Source: Octopus sinensis (Eukaryota). Taken from it: a stretch of DNA of 64,000 nt. A model generated the notes under the pieces. That model did no database searches. It was not told the origin of the DNA and saw nothing but the letters and a program-made list of their open reading frames with translations. Within the stretch, counting starts at the first letter, position 1, and every line of letters starts with the position of its first letter. Location of the stretch: positions 10,788,001 through 10,852,000 of the forward strand of contig NC_043008.1 in NCBI RefSeq assembly GCF_006345805.1, given 5' to 3'. Of the stretch, positions 52,693 through 63,828 are shown in pieces. The position numbers were made by a program, and so were the translations under genes.

Positions 52693-54086
52693 TAGAGGGC
52701 TAGCAGCTTTTCATGTGAGGAGTTTAGTCGATACAACCTCACTGTTTGAAGGGTAGTGTATTTCATCGACCTCGAAAGGATAAAAAGCAAAATACCTCTT
52801 CTGGAGTTTTGAATTCGTCATCTTATAATATGCGTATACGTTTGTGAGTGTGTGTGTGTGTATACGCACACTTAAATACATTTACATTAATATTTGCAAA
52901 TATATACGTTTGTGTGTATGTTTGCACACATATATTTATACGAACACATACATATATGTGCATATATACATGTACAACCGCATGTATACACTCACACACA
53001 TACACACACATATCTTTTTTTTTTATCGACAAGGATATTTTACATTAAGCTCAAACAGATGGAGTCAAGCAAAGTTAAAGTGAAAAACGTTTCTTAATCG
53101 TTAATTGAATCAATCTACCAGAAAACTGCTAATAATCTCAATGGTTTCCATAAACCGAAGATGAAAGGCAAACTCCATCTTGTGTGGATCACTGAGCTGT
53201 CACAAGTTAACCCTTTATGTAAAAGAGTTTTAGAATTTCTGACTACATTAGTTTTCACCGAAATAGATTTGTTTTTGTTTTCTTTCTGTTACAGACAGCA
53301 AAATATGAAGTCAAGCTTACTGTGCATTACACATTATTACATGAGTAATAAAAGAAAAATGTTGCACTGAAGGAAATTAGTTTAACATTGTGTGTATTAT
53401 AAAGATCGTGATCATCACGAGGAAAAAGTGAAATAAAATATATGAAACTGATTGAAAGTTATCACATGAGAATTTGGAAATAAAACAAAATCAATTTGAG
53501 TGTCCTTTCATATGTCAAGCTGTACATTCGGAACTAAACCTTTAATCATTCGACATACAATAAACAACTTATTTAGATGATCTATTCCTCGAACTGCTTT
53601 AGAATAGCATTTGAATTTGGGCACTGCAATTATGTTACAAATGAGGTGCCGCTGTTTGTATAAATGAAGAGCTGATAAAACTTTGTAGGTGATGAAAAGA
53701 AAATGTCTCTTTGGATAATTTGCTTCACAATAGCATATTACCACCCATGCTATTAATAATATTCAAAGAACTGGAATATTTTCATGTAGAAGACGAACTT
53801 GGAGAGCCGCCAACAACGTTATAATATAATGGAGTGTGAGAAAATTTATAGGCTTTCAATCAATATTAAATATTTTGTCGCATAAAACGTTGGTTGATTA
53901 GAATTGGTAGACCGTTGCACACTTTTCCGAGCAGTCTAGTTTTTAGTTATGCCCACTTATGTCTGAGTTCAAATCAGTTCAAATCTCTCCTGCCAAAATT
54001 TTGCCTTTCATCTTTCCAAAATCGTTGGTAAAAATAAACATCAACCATGTACTGAGTCATGGTTGTAATTATACTATCCTCCTAAC

Positions 54087-54320
54087 AAGGCGGCGAGCTG
54101 GCAGAAACGTTAGCACGCCGGGCGAAATGCATAGCTGTATTTCGTCTGCCGTTACGTTCTGAGTTCAAATTCCGCCGAGGTCGACTTTGCCTTTCATTCG
54201 TTCTGGGTCGATAAATTAAGTACCAGCTTCGCACTGGGGTCGATGTAATCGACTTCATCCGTTTGTCTGTCCTTGTTTGTCCCCTCTGTGTTTAGTCCCT
54301 TGTGGGCAGTAAAGAAATAT
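54087..54320 (+). mobile_element. Full-length SINE group B monomer with 16-bp TSD
   Basis: Flanks atactatcctcctaac (54071-54086) and atactctcctcctaac (54321-54336). Confidence 0.92.
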
Positions 54321-54398
54321 ATACTCTCCTCCTAACTATTTGGAGGATGCACTTATGTCTCGGTGAATGTCAGTTTGAGTACAGCGGATAAAAATACC

Positions 54399-54816
54399 TA
54401 TTTCTTTAATACCGACAAGGGGCTAAACACAGAGAGGACAAACAAGGACAGACAAACGGATTAAGTCGATTAAATCGGCCCCAGTGCGTAACTGGTACTT
54501 ATTTAATTGACCCCGAAAGAATGAAAGGCAAAGTTGACACCTCGGCGGAATTTGAACTCAGAACGTAAAACCGGATGAAATACCTATTTCTTTACTACCC
54601 ACAAGGGGCTAAACATACTGGGGACAAACAAGAACAGACATAGGTATTAAGTCGATTACATCGACCCAGTGCGTAACTGGTACTTAATTTATCGAACCCG
54701 AAAGGATGAAAGGCAAAGTCGACCTTGGCGGAATTTGAACTCAGAACGTAACGGCAGACGAAATGCGGCTACGTATTTCGCCCGGCGTGCTAACGTTTCT
54801 GCCATCTCACCGCCTT
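54399..54816 (-). mobile_element. SINE group B dimer with one TSD pair
   Basis: Junction at 54584/5; flanks gcggataaaaatacc and gcagataaaatacc. Confidence 0.88.
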
Positions 54817-55261
54817 AGAGCAGATAAAATACCTTGGCATAAAATACCTTGTCTTTTCAGTCGTAAGGTAAGGAATAGCCAGAATCGTTAAGTGCAAGAA
54901 GAAACGCCTTTTGGTGATTGTTCGGGCATCTGTGTTTCGAGTTCAAATCCTAAGGATCAGTTCAACCATTTATCCATTAGAAGTCGATAGAATAAAATAA
55001 GAGTCCAGGGATTGGATTGGCGGAATAGTTAGTGATTAGGACAAAATAACATGAAATCTTGTCGTATTTGTGCCGATTCAATGCGTAGATGACGTCCATT
55101 CCAACGAATTGTGCCTCGAGTGGTTTTAGCAGAGTTACTAGCATTTGACCCATATATCCGCTTCTTTTGGAGGCCCTGAAAAAAAAAAAAGGAAAAATCT
55201 ATATAGATTCTGCCCTATCCTCATTGACTAAAAATGTACCATTTTTGAATTTCATCACTTT

Positions 55262-55465
55262 AGCAGAATCGTTAGCAGATCGGGCAAAATGTTTCGCGGC
55301 ACTTCGTCCGGCTTAATGCTCGAAGTTCAAATTCCACCAAGGGCGAAGTTGCCTTTCAGTATTTTCTTCGGTCGACAAAAATAAGCACCAATGGAGAACT
55401 GGGGTCGATGTAATCGACTTACCCAATTTGCCGAAATTGCTGGCCCTGTAGCAAAATTTGAAGCC
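55262..55465 (+). mobile_element. Older SINE group B/C copy
   Basis: agcagaatcgttagc head, gaagttcaaattcc B box, gaaattgctggccc tail. Confidence 0.7.
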
Positions 55466-55825
55466 ATCATCATCATCACCATCACCATCATCATTTTTGT
55501 AAGAGAATACGAAAGGGATCTTTACAGCAACTTTAACGTGAAATAGCTTCCTAAATATAAGCTTTTCTCAAAAACGCTAAAAGATATTTTATATGACACA
55601 TTCTACTAGTTTCCGAAGTTTGAATGTGTTTAGTTACAAAAAATTATTTTTTAAATCTGTCGGTCAAAAGGTAAAGATCCTACGAAAGAGGTTTCCTGTT
55701 GCTTTTCTGCTGTTATACGTCTTTTTACAAGACATATTATGGATATACTCCTCTACCGAAAAATTGTGTAAGCGAAAGAGACAAGAATAAAGCCCAGTCC
55801 TTCACTGAAATTTTATGTAGCAACA

Positions 55826-56126
55826 GTGAAGGTGCGGAGCTTAGTGATTAGGGCATTCGGCTCATGATGATAAGGTCGTGTGTTCGACCCCAGGCGGCGT
55901 GTTGTGTCCTTCAACAAGAGGCTTTATTTTTCGTTGATCCAGTCCACCCAGCTGATAAAAATTAGTTGTACCTTTAGTTCAAAGGGCCAGCCATGTCATA
56001 GTCTAGGGCATACTGAATTTCCTTGAGAACTACATTAAGGGAACGCATGTCTGTGGAGTGCTCAGTTACCTGTACGTTAATTTCACGAGCAGGTTGTCCT
56101 CTCGTCGTCGTAAACGACCAAGTGCA
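55826..56126 (+). mobile_element. SINE group D (head 1 plus long tail)
   Basis: Homologous to 17980-18294. Confidence 0.8.
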
Positions 56127-56146
56127 ATTTGTATAAAAACGATAAA

Positions 56147-56456
56147 CGTCGCCCTTTTAAAGCCTAACCAGGCTCATGGGCCCAGTTTCCCGGTTTCTGT
56201 GGCGTATGTGTTCCCCCCAGCTGGACGGGACGCCAGTCCATCGCAGCGTTACTCAAAAAACAGGAAGAGAGAGAGAGTGAGAGAAAGTTGTGGTGAAAGA
56301 GTACAACAGGGGTCGCCACCACCCCTGCCGGAGCCTCGTGAAGCTTTTTAGGTGTTTTCGCTCAATAAATACACACATTGCCCGGTGTGGGAATCGAAAC
56401 CGCGATCCTCCGACCGCGAGTCCGCTGCCCTAACCACTGGACCATTGCGCCTCCAC
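56147..56456 (-). mobile_element. SINE group D (head 2 plus V-like tail)
   Basis: Head as in 36430-36806; tail as in 7669-7914. Confidence 0.88.
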
Positions 56457-56979
56457 AGCAAGTTGTATACTGACCACGAAATTTGGTGAAAATCAACGAC
56501 TTCGTGAGATTTGAACGCACATCACGGAGAGCCGGATGATGTTCTTTAGTCAGTTTATCTTATTCTCTAACCACCTTGTCAATTCACCGTTTCTTGTTAT
56601 GACTAAGGAAGCAATTACAATTACGTTGTTTTGATTCGGATGTATATCTAATTTCACTTATCACACCGTCTCAGGTTTTCATTAATTCATTGATACATTG
56701 AGAAAAATCAATAAAACTAATCGATAGACTTTAATGTAACTTTTATTACCAAATAAAGAAATTCTTTGTTTCGTTTTAATCGAGAATTTATTTGTTATCG
56801 ATTTCTCTCCTTCGAAACTTAATACATCACAACGTATTCTCTGCGGAACTGATTTTAACTTCAATGTTAGAATTAATAACAATATCAAATGTTATTTTTC
56901 AAGAATAAACCACGGTGGACCTTATAGTCTTCTTCACTTAACTGTCTGCTGTTTTCATTCTCTTCCTTCCAGACGGACC

Positions 56980-57305
56980 TTCTTCTTCTTCTTCTTCTTC
57001 TTCTTCTTCTTCTTCTTCTTCTTCTTCTTCTTTTTCATCAACATCAACATCATCATCATCATCGTCTTCTTCTTCTTCTTCTTCTTCTTCTTCTTCTTCT
57101 TCTTCATCAACATCATCTTCATCATCATCATCATCAACATCATCATCATCGTCTTCTTCTTCTTCTTCTTCTTCTTCTTTTTCATCAACATCAACATCAT
57201 CATCATCATCGTCTTCTTCTTCTTCTTCTTCTTCTTCATCAACATCATCATCATCATCGTCTTCGTCTTCTTCTTCTTCTTCTTCTTCTCCTTCTTCTTC
57301 TTCCT
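56980..57305. repeat. (TCT)n/(TCA)n trinucleotide tract with higher-order repeats
   Basis: Direct reading; minus frame encodes poly-Glu/Asp. Confidence 0.95.
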
Positions 57306-57779
57306 CCTTGTCCCCCACATCTTCTCGACTTCGTGCCAGGTGACACATAAGGCTCTGTGTCTCTCTTTCTCCCTTCATACCACCCTGCCTACAACTGTAG
57401 TTTGGACTTGGTCCTACTTACTCCATCTACCGGCCTGTCTCTCTTTTTTCGAGAATTCCTCTCCAGGCGTCCTTGAACCTTCCATGTTTCCACTTCCCTC
57501 AGGGGGCCCATGTCATGGCTGTCATACAGTCAATTTTAGGATGTTTCCGCGGGGCCCCCTTCCATATTTCGCTGCGCATGCTCAGCGTCTCGAACAGGGT
57601 CTCCTTACATTTATTATTCACCTCGTATTCCTTAGACATAAATGTTGTTGCTTTTGTTGCTTTTGTTCTCATTTTTCGTCTTCGTCCTTTCAGAGGAGGG
57701 TCCAGAGTCTTACTGTTCCCATCCTTTGAAATCTAAATGTGATTTCGTGCGTACCTGTAATACATTGCGGAACGATTAC

Positions 57780-58390
57780 GGCGGCGAGCTGGCAGAAACG
57801 TTAGCACGACGGACGAAATGCTTAGCAGCATTTCGTCTGCCGCTACCTTCTGAGTTCAAATTCCGCCGAGGTTGACTTTGCCTTTCATCTTTCGGGGTCG
57901 ATAAATTAAGTACCAGTTACGCACTGGGGTCGATATAATCGACTTCATCCGTTTGTCTGTCCTTGTTTGTCCCCTCTGTGTTTATCCCTTTGTGGGTAGT
58001 AAAGAAATAGGTATTTCGTCTGCCGCTACGTTTTGAGTTCAAATTCCGCCGAGGTCGACTTTGCCTTTCATCCTTTCGGGGTCGATAAATTAAGTACTAG
58101 TGACGCATAAGTACTATAATCGACTTAATCCGTTTGTCTGTCCTTGTTTGTCCCCTCTATGTTTAGCCCCTTGTGGGCAATAAAGAAATAAGAATATTTA
58201 GCACGCCGGGAAAAATTCTTAGCGGCATTTCGTCTGCCTTTACGTTCTGATTTCAAATTCCGCTGTGCCCAACTTTGTCTTTCATCCTTCTGGGGCCGAT
58301 AAAAAAAGTGCCATATGAGTACTGAGGTCTATGTATTCGACTTAGCCTCTCCCTGAAATTGCTGGCTCTGTGCCAAAATTTGAAACCGTT
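57780..58390 (+). mobile_element. SINE group B triple nest
   Basis: Junctions at 58009/10 (aaagaaata|ggtatttcg) and about 58191 (aaagaaataa|gaatatttagcacgcc). Confidence 0.9.
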
Positions 58391-58972
58391 ATATACAATA
58401 TGTCTTTCCTCTTTAAAAATATTTTTAAAAATAGCATTGCGTTTCCTGAAAATTTATAAACCTGTGCGTCACCCGGAATTGAAATATCCCTGCTTGTTCA
58501 CTCACTTTACTTATAAAAACAAGAAGAGGATAAAACGTTGGACTGGATCCAGTTGAGATGTCTAGTTTTGCACATCTTCCGATATGAATTTGCTCCCAGT
58601 TTTTATTTTATCTTTCATTGTTTTGGAATCGCTAGACTGAATAGCTGCTACCTAAGTATAGAACCCTGGGTTTCAATATAGCACAACATCATAAGACCAG
58701 GAACTGGCAGGGTCCTTAGCACGTCGACAATATACTCAGTGCATTTACACGCTCTATTTTCTGAGCTCGAATATTTTAAATTTAAACTCCTTCGTTCTTC
58801 TGGGGGATGATAAAAGAAATATTCTTTTCTACTCTAGGCAAAAGGCCCGAAATGCTTTGGGGACGGGGCCAGTCGATTAGATCGACTCCAGTACGCAACT
58901 AATACTTAATTTATCGACCTCAAAAGGATGAAACGCAAAGTCGACCTCAGCGGATGAAAGAAATATTAATAT

Positions 58973-59449
58973 ATTTCTTTACTACCCACAAGGGGCTAAA
59001 CATAGAGGGGACAAACAAGGACAGACATAGGTATTAAGTCGATTACATCGACCCCAGTGCGTAACTGGTACTTAATTTATCGACTCCGAAAGGATGAAAG
59101 GCAAAGTCGACCTCGGCGGAATTTGAACTCAGAACGTAACCGCAGACGAAATACCTATTTCTTTATTACCCACAAGGGGCTAAACATAGAGGGGACAAAC
59201 AAGGACAGACATAGGTATTAAGTCGATTATATCGACCCCAGAGCGTAACTGGTACTTAATTTATCGACCCCGAAAGGATGAAAGGCAAAGTTGACCTCGG
59301 CGGAATTTGAACTCACAACGTAACGACAGACGAAATACCGCTAAGCATTTCATCCGGCGTGCTAACGTTTCTGCCAGCTCGCCGCCTTTGCCAGCTCGCC
59401 GCTAGGCATTTCGCCCGGCGTGCTAACGTTTCTGCCAGCTCGCCGCCTG
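58973..59449 (-). mobile_element. SINE group B nested insertion with 23-bp TSD
   Basis: gcggatgaaagaaatattaatat at 58950-58972 and 59450-59472. Confidence 0.92.
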
Positions 59450-59912
59450 GCGGATGAAAGAAATATTAATATTCCCGGGGATGAAGAAGTCCACGGAAAT
59501 GGTGCTGTGCCATTCTTTCTTTTAGAGACCGATAAACTAGTGCCAGTAGTATTTCTAGCATTGAGTGATTTAACGTAAACAATAGCGTGTCTACTTAAAG
59601 ATATATAGTTTCGTCTCATTATTTTAGAACTCGAAGTGCAGCGATCGGTCTCTTTTATTCTCCTGGGATCGGGTATAAACATTAATAATGTACTTAGGGC
59701 GATTCAGTCGATTGTTACACTATCACTCCAGTAATATTGGACATGATTCTAAGAAACAAGATCATTATTACAGACAATTATTGAGTTTAATTATTTAAAG
59801 TCGTCTTCCACATGAAAGATAATAGTTACGTTGGTGTTAACATGTTTGATGTAGTGAGCATTAAAAATTAATTAGAAATATTTAAGTAGAGAAGCAAAGA
59901 CATTAGCCCAGT

Positions 59913-59929
59913 GATTATTATTATTATTA

Positions 59930-59972
<43 letters not shown>
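59913..59972. repeat. (ATT)n microsatellite
   Basis: Direct reading. Confidence 0.95.
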
Positions 59973-60200
59973 TTAATCATTTCGGTAACTGCGAAAGAAA
60001 ACTGCAGACGTGTTTCGATCCTTATTAGACCTTCTCAGTGAACCATAGACATCTTTATACTTGGCAAAGCAGTGACGAGAGAATATTTAGACAAATATAC
60101 GATATTGAACACAAGCTGAAATTAAAAATTAGCGTATTAATATAAAAAAGTTAGTGTATTAATAGATCGTGTATTAATATAAAGTTAGTGTATTAATATA

Positions 60201-60595
60201 CTAGCAGTCTCGCCCGGCGTTGCTCGGGTTTGTAAGGGAAATAACTATATAAGCATTTTTAGAGAGTTATAGCCAAAAAATAGCAAAAAAATGCATTAAA
60301 AATGGAAAAAAATGATGGTAATTTTTTTTTTAATTGTTGACTCATCGTAGACATTTTTAGAAAGTTATGTCCCTTATATAATAGCGAAAAAAATGCATTA
60401 AAATGGAAAAATGATGGTAAATTTTTTTTAAAATCCTAGACTCATCGTAGACGCGCGCTAATACCCAGAAGGGCTCGATATGAATCACGACTATAAGATA
60501 CCCGGTTTTGGTTAAACTGCACCGCAAAATGTGGGAGTAGTTAGGAATCTAAATCGTAGGAGACAGACACACAACTTCACTTTTATATATAAAGA
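60201..60595 (-). mobile_element. Non-autonomous Helitron
   Basis: Minus strand A|TCTTTATATATAAA...CCCGAGCAACGCCGGG-CGAGACTG-CTAG|T: 5'-TC, subterminal hairpin (60213-60228), 3'-CTAG, inserted between A and T with no TSD. Confidence 0.88.
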
Positions 60596-60751
60596 TGTAT
60601 TAATAATACATATATAATACACGTTCATACATCTTTCCCTTTCTCCTCTCTTACACTTAAAAAAAAAAGTAACCGGTGATTTTCAGGATAAATTGATTAT
60701 TCATGTTTGGATGTTGTTGTTGTTTATTTCTCCTCAATCCATATCTGGCTC

Positions 60752-60822
60752 TTAAGGGCCGGTTTCCCCGGTTTCATTGGCATATGGGTTCCTCACCTGG
60801 ACGGGATGCCAGTCTGTCGCAA
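60752..60822 (-). mobile_element. SINE group D V-like tail remnant
   Basis: gggccggtttccccggtttc...ctggacgggatgccagtc. Confidence 0.65.
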
Positions 60823-60959
60823 TTGTTTGGATAGTTACAATTATATAAGTCCAGAAGTTAGGTTAAATATATATACATGCATAAGTACCACTAATTCACA
60901 TTCTACAAGCTGGCAAGCAATTCCATGAATACTTTACTGGGCAGCGCTGGGTAGTAATA

Positions 60960-60993
<34 letters not shown>

Positions 60994-61028
60994 TTGCCTA
61001 ACAGTGGTTTTGTCTCTAATTTAATATA

Positions 61029-61060
<32 letters not shown>

Positions 61061-61170
61061 AATTATAGGGATGGTATTATTAAAATACCATCACAAGTGG
61101 TAAGCGAATTATAAGCCGTACGGGCAAATTAATTAAATATATACATACAATATTAGATATGTACATATAC

Positions 61171-61476
61171 ATACACAAGGGTACTACATGAGTACCTATA
61201 TCGCTAATGATAGAAGTCAAAAAATACTTCTGTACAACCGAAAAGTCACAAATCTATTACAGACAATATAGGAAAAAATATCAGTGAACAATAATAATGT
61301 CTTACCTCAAATGGGTCAGAACAAGTAAATGCTGGTCAACCCGGTACTGGTTTCGAAATTTAGCGCCGGGTTTTCCTATCTTGTCTGTAGTAGATTTGTG
61401 ACTATTCGGTGGTACAGAAGTATTTTTATACTACTATCAGTAGCGATGTAGGTACTCATGTAGTACCCTTGTGTAT
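61171..61476. mobile_element. 306-bp MITE with long TIRs of about 105 bp
   Basis: 61171-61276 is the near-exact reverse complement of 61371-61476 (acacaagggtactacatgagtaccta...). Confidence 0.85.
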
Positions 61477-61524
61477 ATATGACGGTTAGTAAGGAGAGAC
61501 ACAAATACGAAAGAAGAAAACAAA

Positions 61525-61569
61525 GGACCACTGATGCGGTCACAGGAGTGTGACGAAAGAACTCTGGCC
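61525..61569 (+). ncRNA. Hammerhead-like motif (family H4), A9->C variant
   Basis: GGACCA CTGATGC G GTCAC aggagt GTGAC GAAA GAACTC TGGCC. Confidence 0.55.
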
Positions 61570-61760
61570 GAAATAAGATTAAGATTAATGTAAAAAATAA
61601 ATATCACTGAAGCAAAATAACACCAAATATATAGTGCGTGTGTTTTTATTGGCTAAACTGGCAATATGACCATTCCGAAATATAACAATATCTGTTTCAA
61701 CACACGATTTCACATAAAAAATCTTGCACAACAAATATTTAAACGTACTAATATATATAT

Positions 61761-62164
61761 ACTCTTTTACTCTTTTACTTGTTTCAGTCATTTGACTGCG
61801 GCCATGCTGGAGCACCGCCTTTAATCGAGCAACTCGACCCCTGGACTTATTCTTTTGTAAGCCCAGTACTTATTCTATCGGTCTCTTTTGCCGAACCGCT
61901 AAGTAACAGGGACATAAATAGACCAGCATCGGTTGTCAAGCAATGCTAGGGGGACAAACACAGACACACAAACACACACACACGCATATATATATATACA
62001 TATATACGACGGGCTTCTTTCAGTTTCCGTCTACCAAATCCACTCACAAGGCTTTGGTCGGCCCGAGGCTCTAGTAGAAGACATTTGCCCAAGGTGCCCA
62101 CTGCGTGGCACCTTGGGAAAATGTGATTAGTAAACAAGCTACTTACCACACAGCCATTCCTGCG

Positions 62165-62167
<3 letters not shown>
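61761..62167 (-). mobile_element. SINE group A, full length, B box replaced by a micro-inversion
   Basis: Colinear with 3215-3625 except at 62088-62120. Confidence 0.9.
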
Positions 62168-62197
<30 letters not shown>

Positions 62198-62427
62198 GTG
62201 TATATGTATATGTTTAATTTGCGGCGTTGACTGGTATTCATGACTAAGATAAGTTATGTTTCTACTTTTATCTAATACTGTATTCTGTCCAACAAATGTT
62301 CCTCTGAAAAACTTAGGTACTTACTTGAGGATTTTCTGTGACTATCGCCATTCTTTGCCAGGTCCCGAAGGATTCCTCCTCCACCTCTCCCGGTGACAAG
62401 AGGCGAGATTTGAACACAGAATACGCC

Positions 62428-62487
62428 AATACCACCACCACCACCACCACCACCACAACAACGACAACAACAACAACAACAACAACA

Positions 62488-62556
<69 letters not shown>
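62428..62556. repeat. (ACC)n-(ACA)n-(ACT)n compound microsatellite
   Basis: Direct reading; source of the poly-Thr and poly-Val ORFs. Confidence 0.95.
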
Positions 62557-62557
<1 letters not shown>

Positions 62558-63279
62558 TCGGTGTCAATGTCATTTTATATAAATTATTCGAAAAATTATT
62601 TTTAAAAACCTATTCAGACAGAAAAAAATTGTCATTTTACCGTTTCGTAACACGCAGAATCGTCATTTCGTCAATTACTATTAAAGATTTGAAATTTGAA
62701 CACCAAATTATTTACACACCGACGAGTCAAAAGCTCCAAATCTTCAGTGAAGTTTGCCATCATATCGTTCCACTAAAGTACATATCAAAACGACCGACAC
62801 GAAGGCTCATAAAGTGTCATTGAAAATCTCACTATCTCAAGCGTCAATATTGATTATCTACTTAAGGATACTGACAGATATTTATGGCTTAATGGCGCTA
62901 AGCTAGCCGAGAAGTTCAGCCAAAATGGTACCCCCTCTAACCCTCCCTCTAACCCGCCCTCTCTCTTTCTCTCTCTATCTAACTATACGTAGGTTCCTCC
63001 TTCCTATATTTCCGTCTCTTTCCAATCTACATTTGCAAATAATCTCTGTCGCTCACATAGATACAAATATACATAAATATGAATAACCTGATGCACTTTC
63101 TGTTTGGGTAATTGTTTACTTGCACATATATATTTAATAATGTTATGTACATGCATATATACATACATACATACATACATATATGTAATATATATACACA
63201 TATAATATAGACATATATGTATATATTTACATATATACATGTATATATATATATAAATAATATATATAATATATTTAGT

Positions 63280-63497
63280 CTCTTACTTGTTTCAGTCATT
63301 TGACTGTGGCTATGCTGGAGCACCGCCTTTAGTCGAGCAAATCGACCCCAGGACTTATTCTTTGTAAGCCCAGGACTTATTCTTTGTAAGCCCAGGACTT
63401 ATTCTATCGGTTTCTTTTGCCGAACCGATAAGTTACGGGGACGTAAACACACCACCACCAGTTGGAAAGCGATATTGGGGGGACAAACACAGACACA

Positions 63498-63537
<40 letters not shown>

Positions 63538-63544
63538 TATATAT

Positions 63545-63577
<33 letters not shown>

Positions 63578-63707
63578 CGACGGGCTTCTTTCATTTTCCG
63601 TCTACCATATCCACTCAGAAAGCTTTGGTCAGCCCGAAACTATAGAAGAAGACACTTGCCCAAGGTGCCACGCAGCGGGACTGAACTCGGAATTATGTGG
63701 TTGGCAA
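63280..63707 (-). mobile_element. SINE group A with internal 22-bp tandem duplication
   Basis: cccaggacttattctttgtaag at 63347 and 63369, partial third copy at 63391. Confidence 0.88.
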
Positions 63708-63708
63708 T

Positions 63709-63771
<63 letters not shown>

Positions 63772-63779
63772 GTATACTT

Positions 63780-63828
<49 letters not shown>

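Noticed and set aside
53260-53350. Acceptor-like ttctttctgttacag followed by a short ORF
   Set aside because: Frames stop quickly; no recognisable protein or donor.
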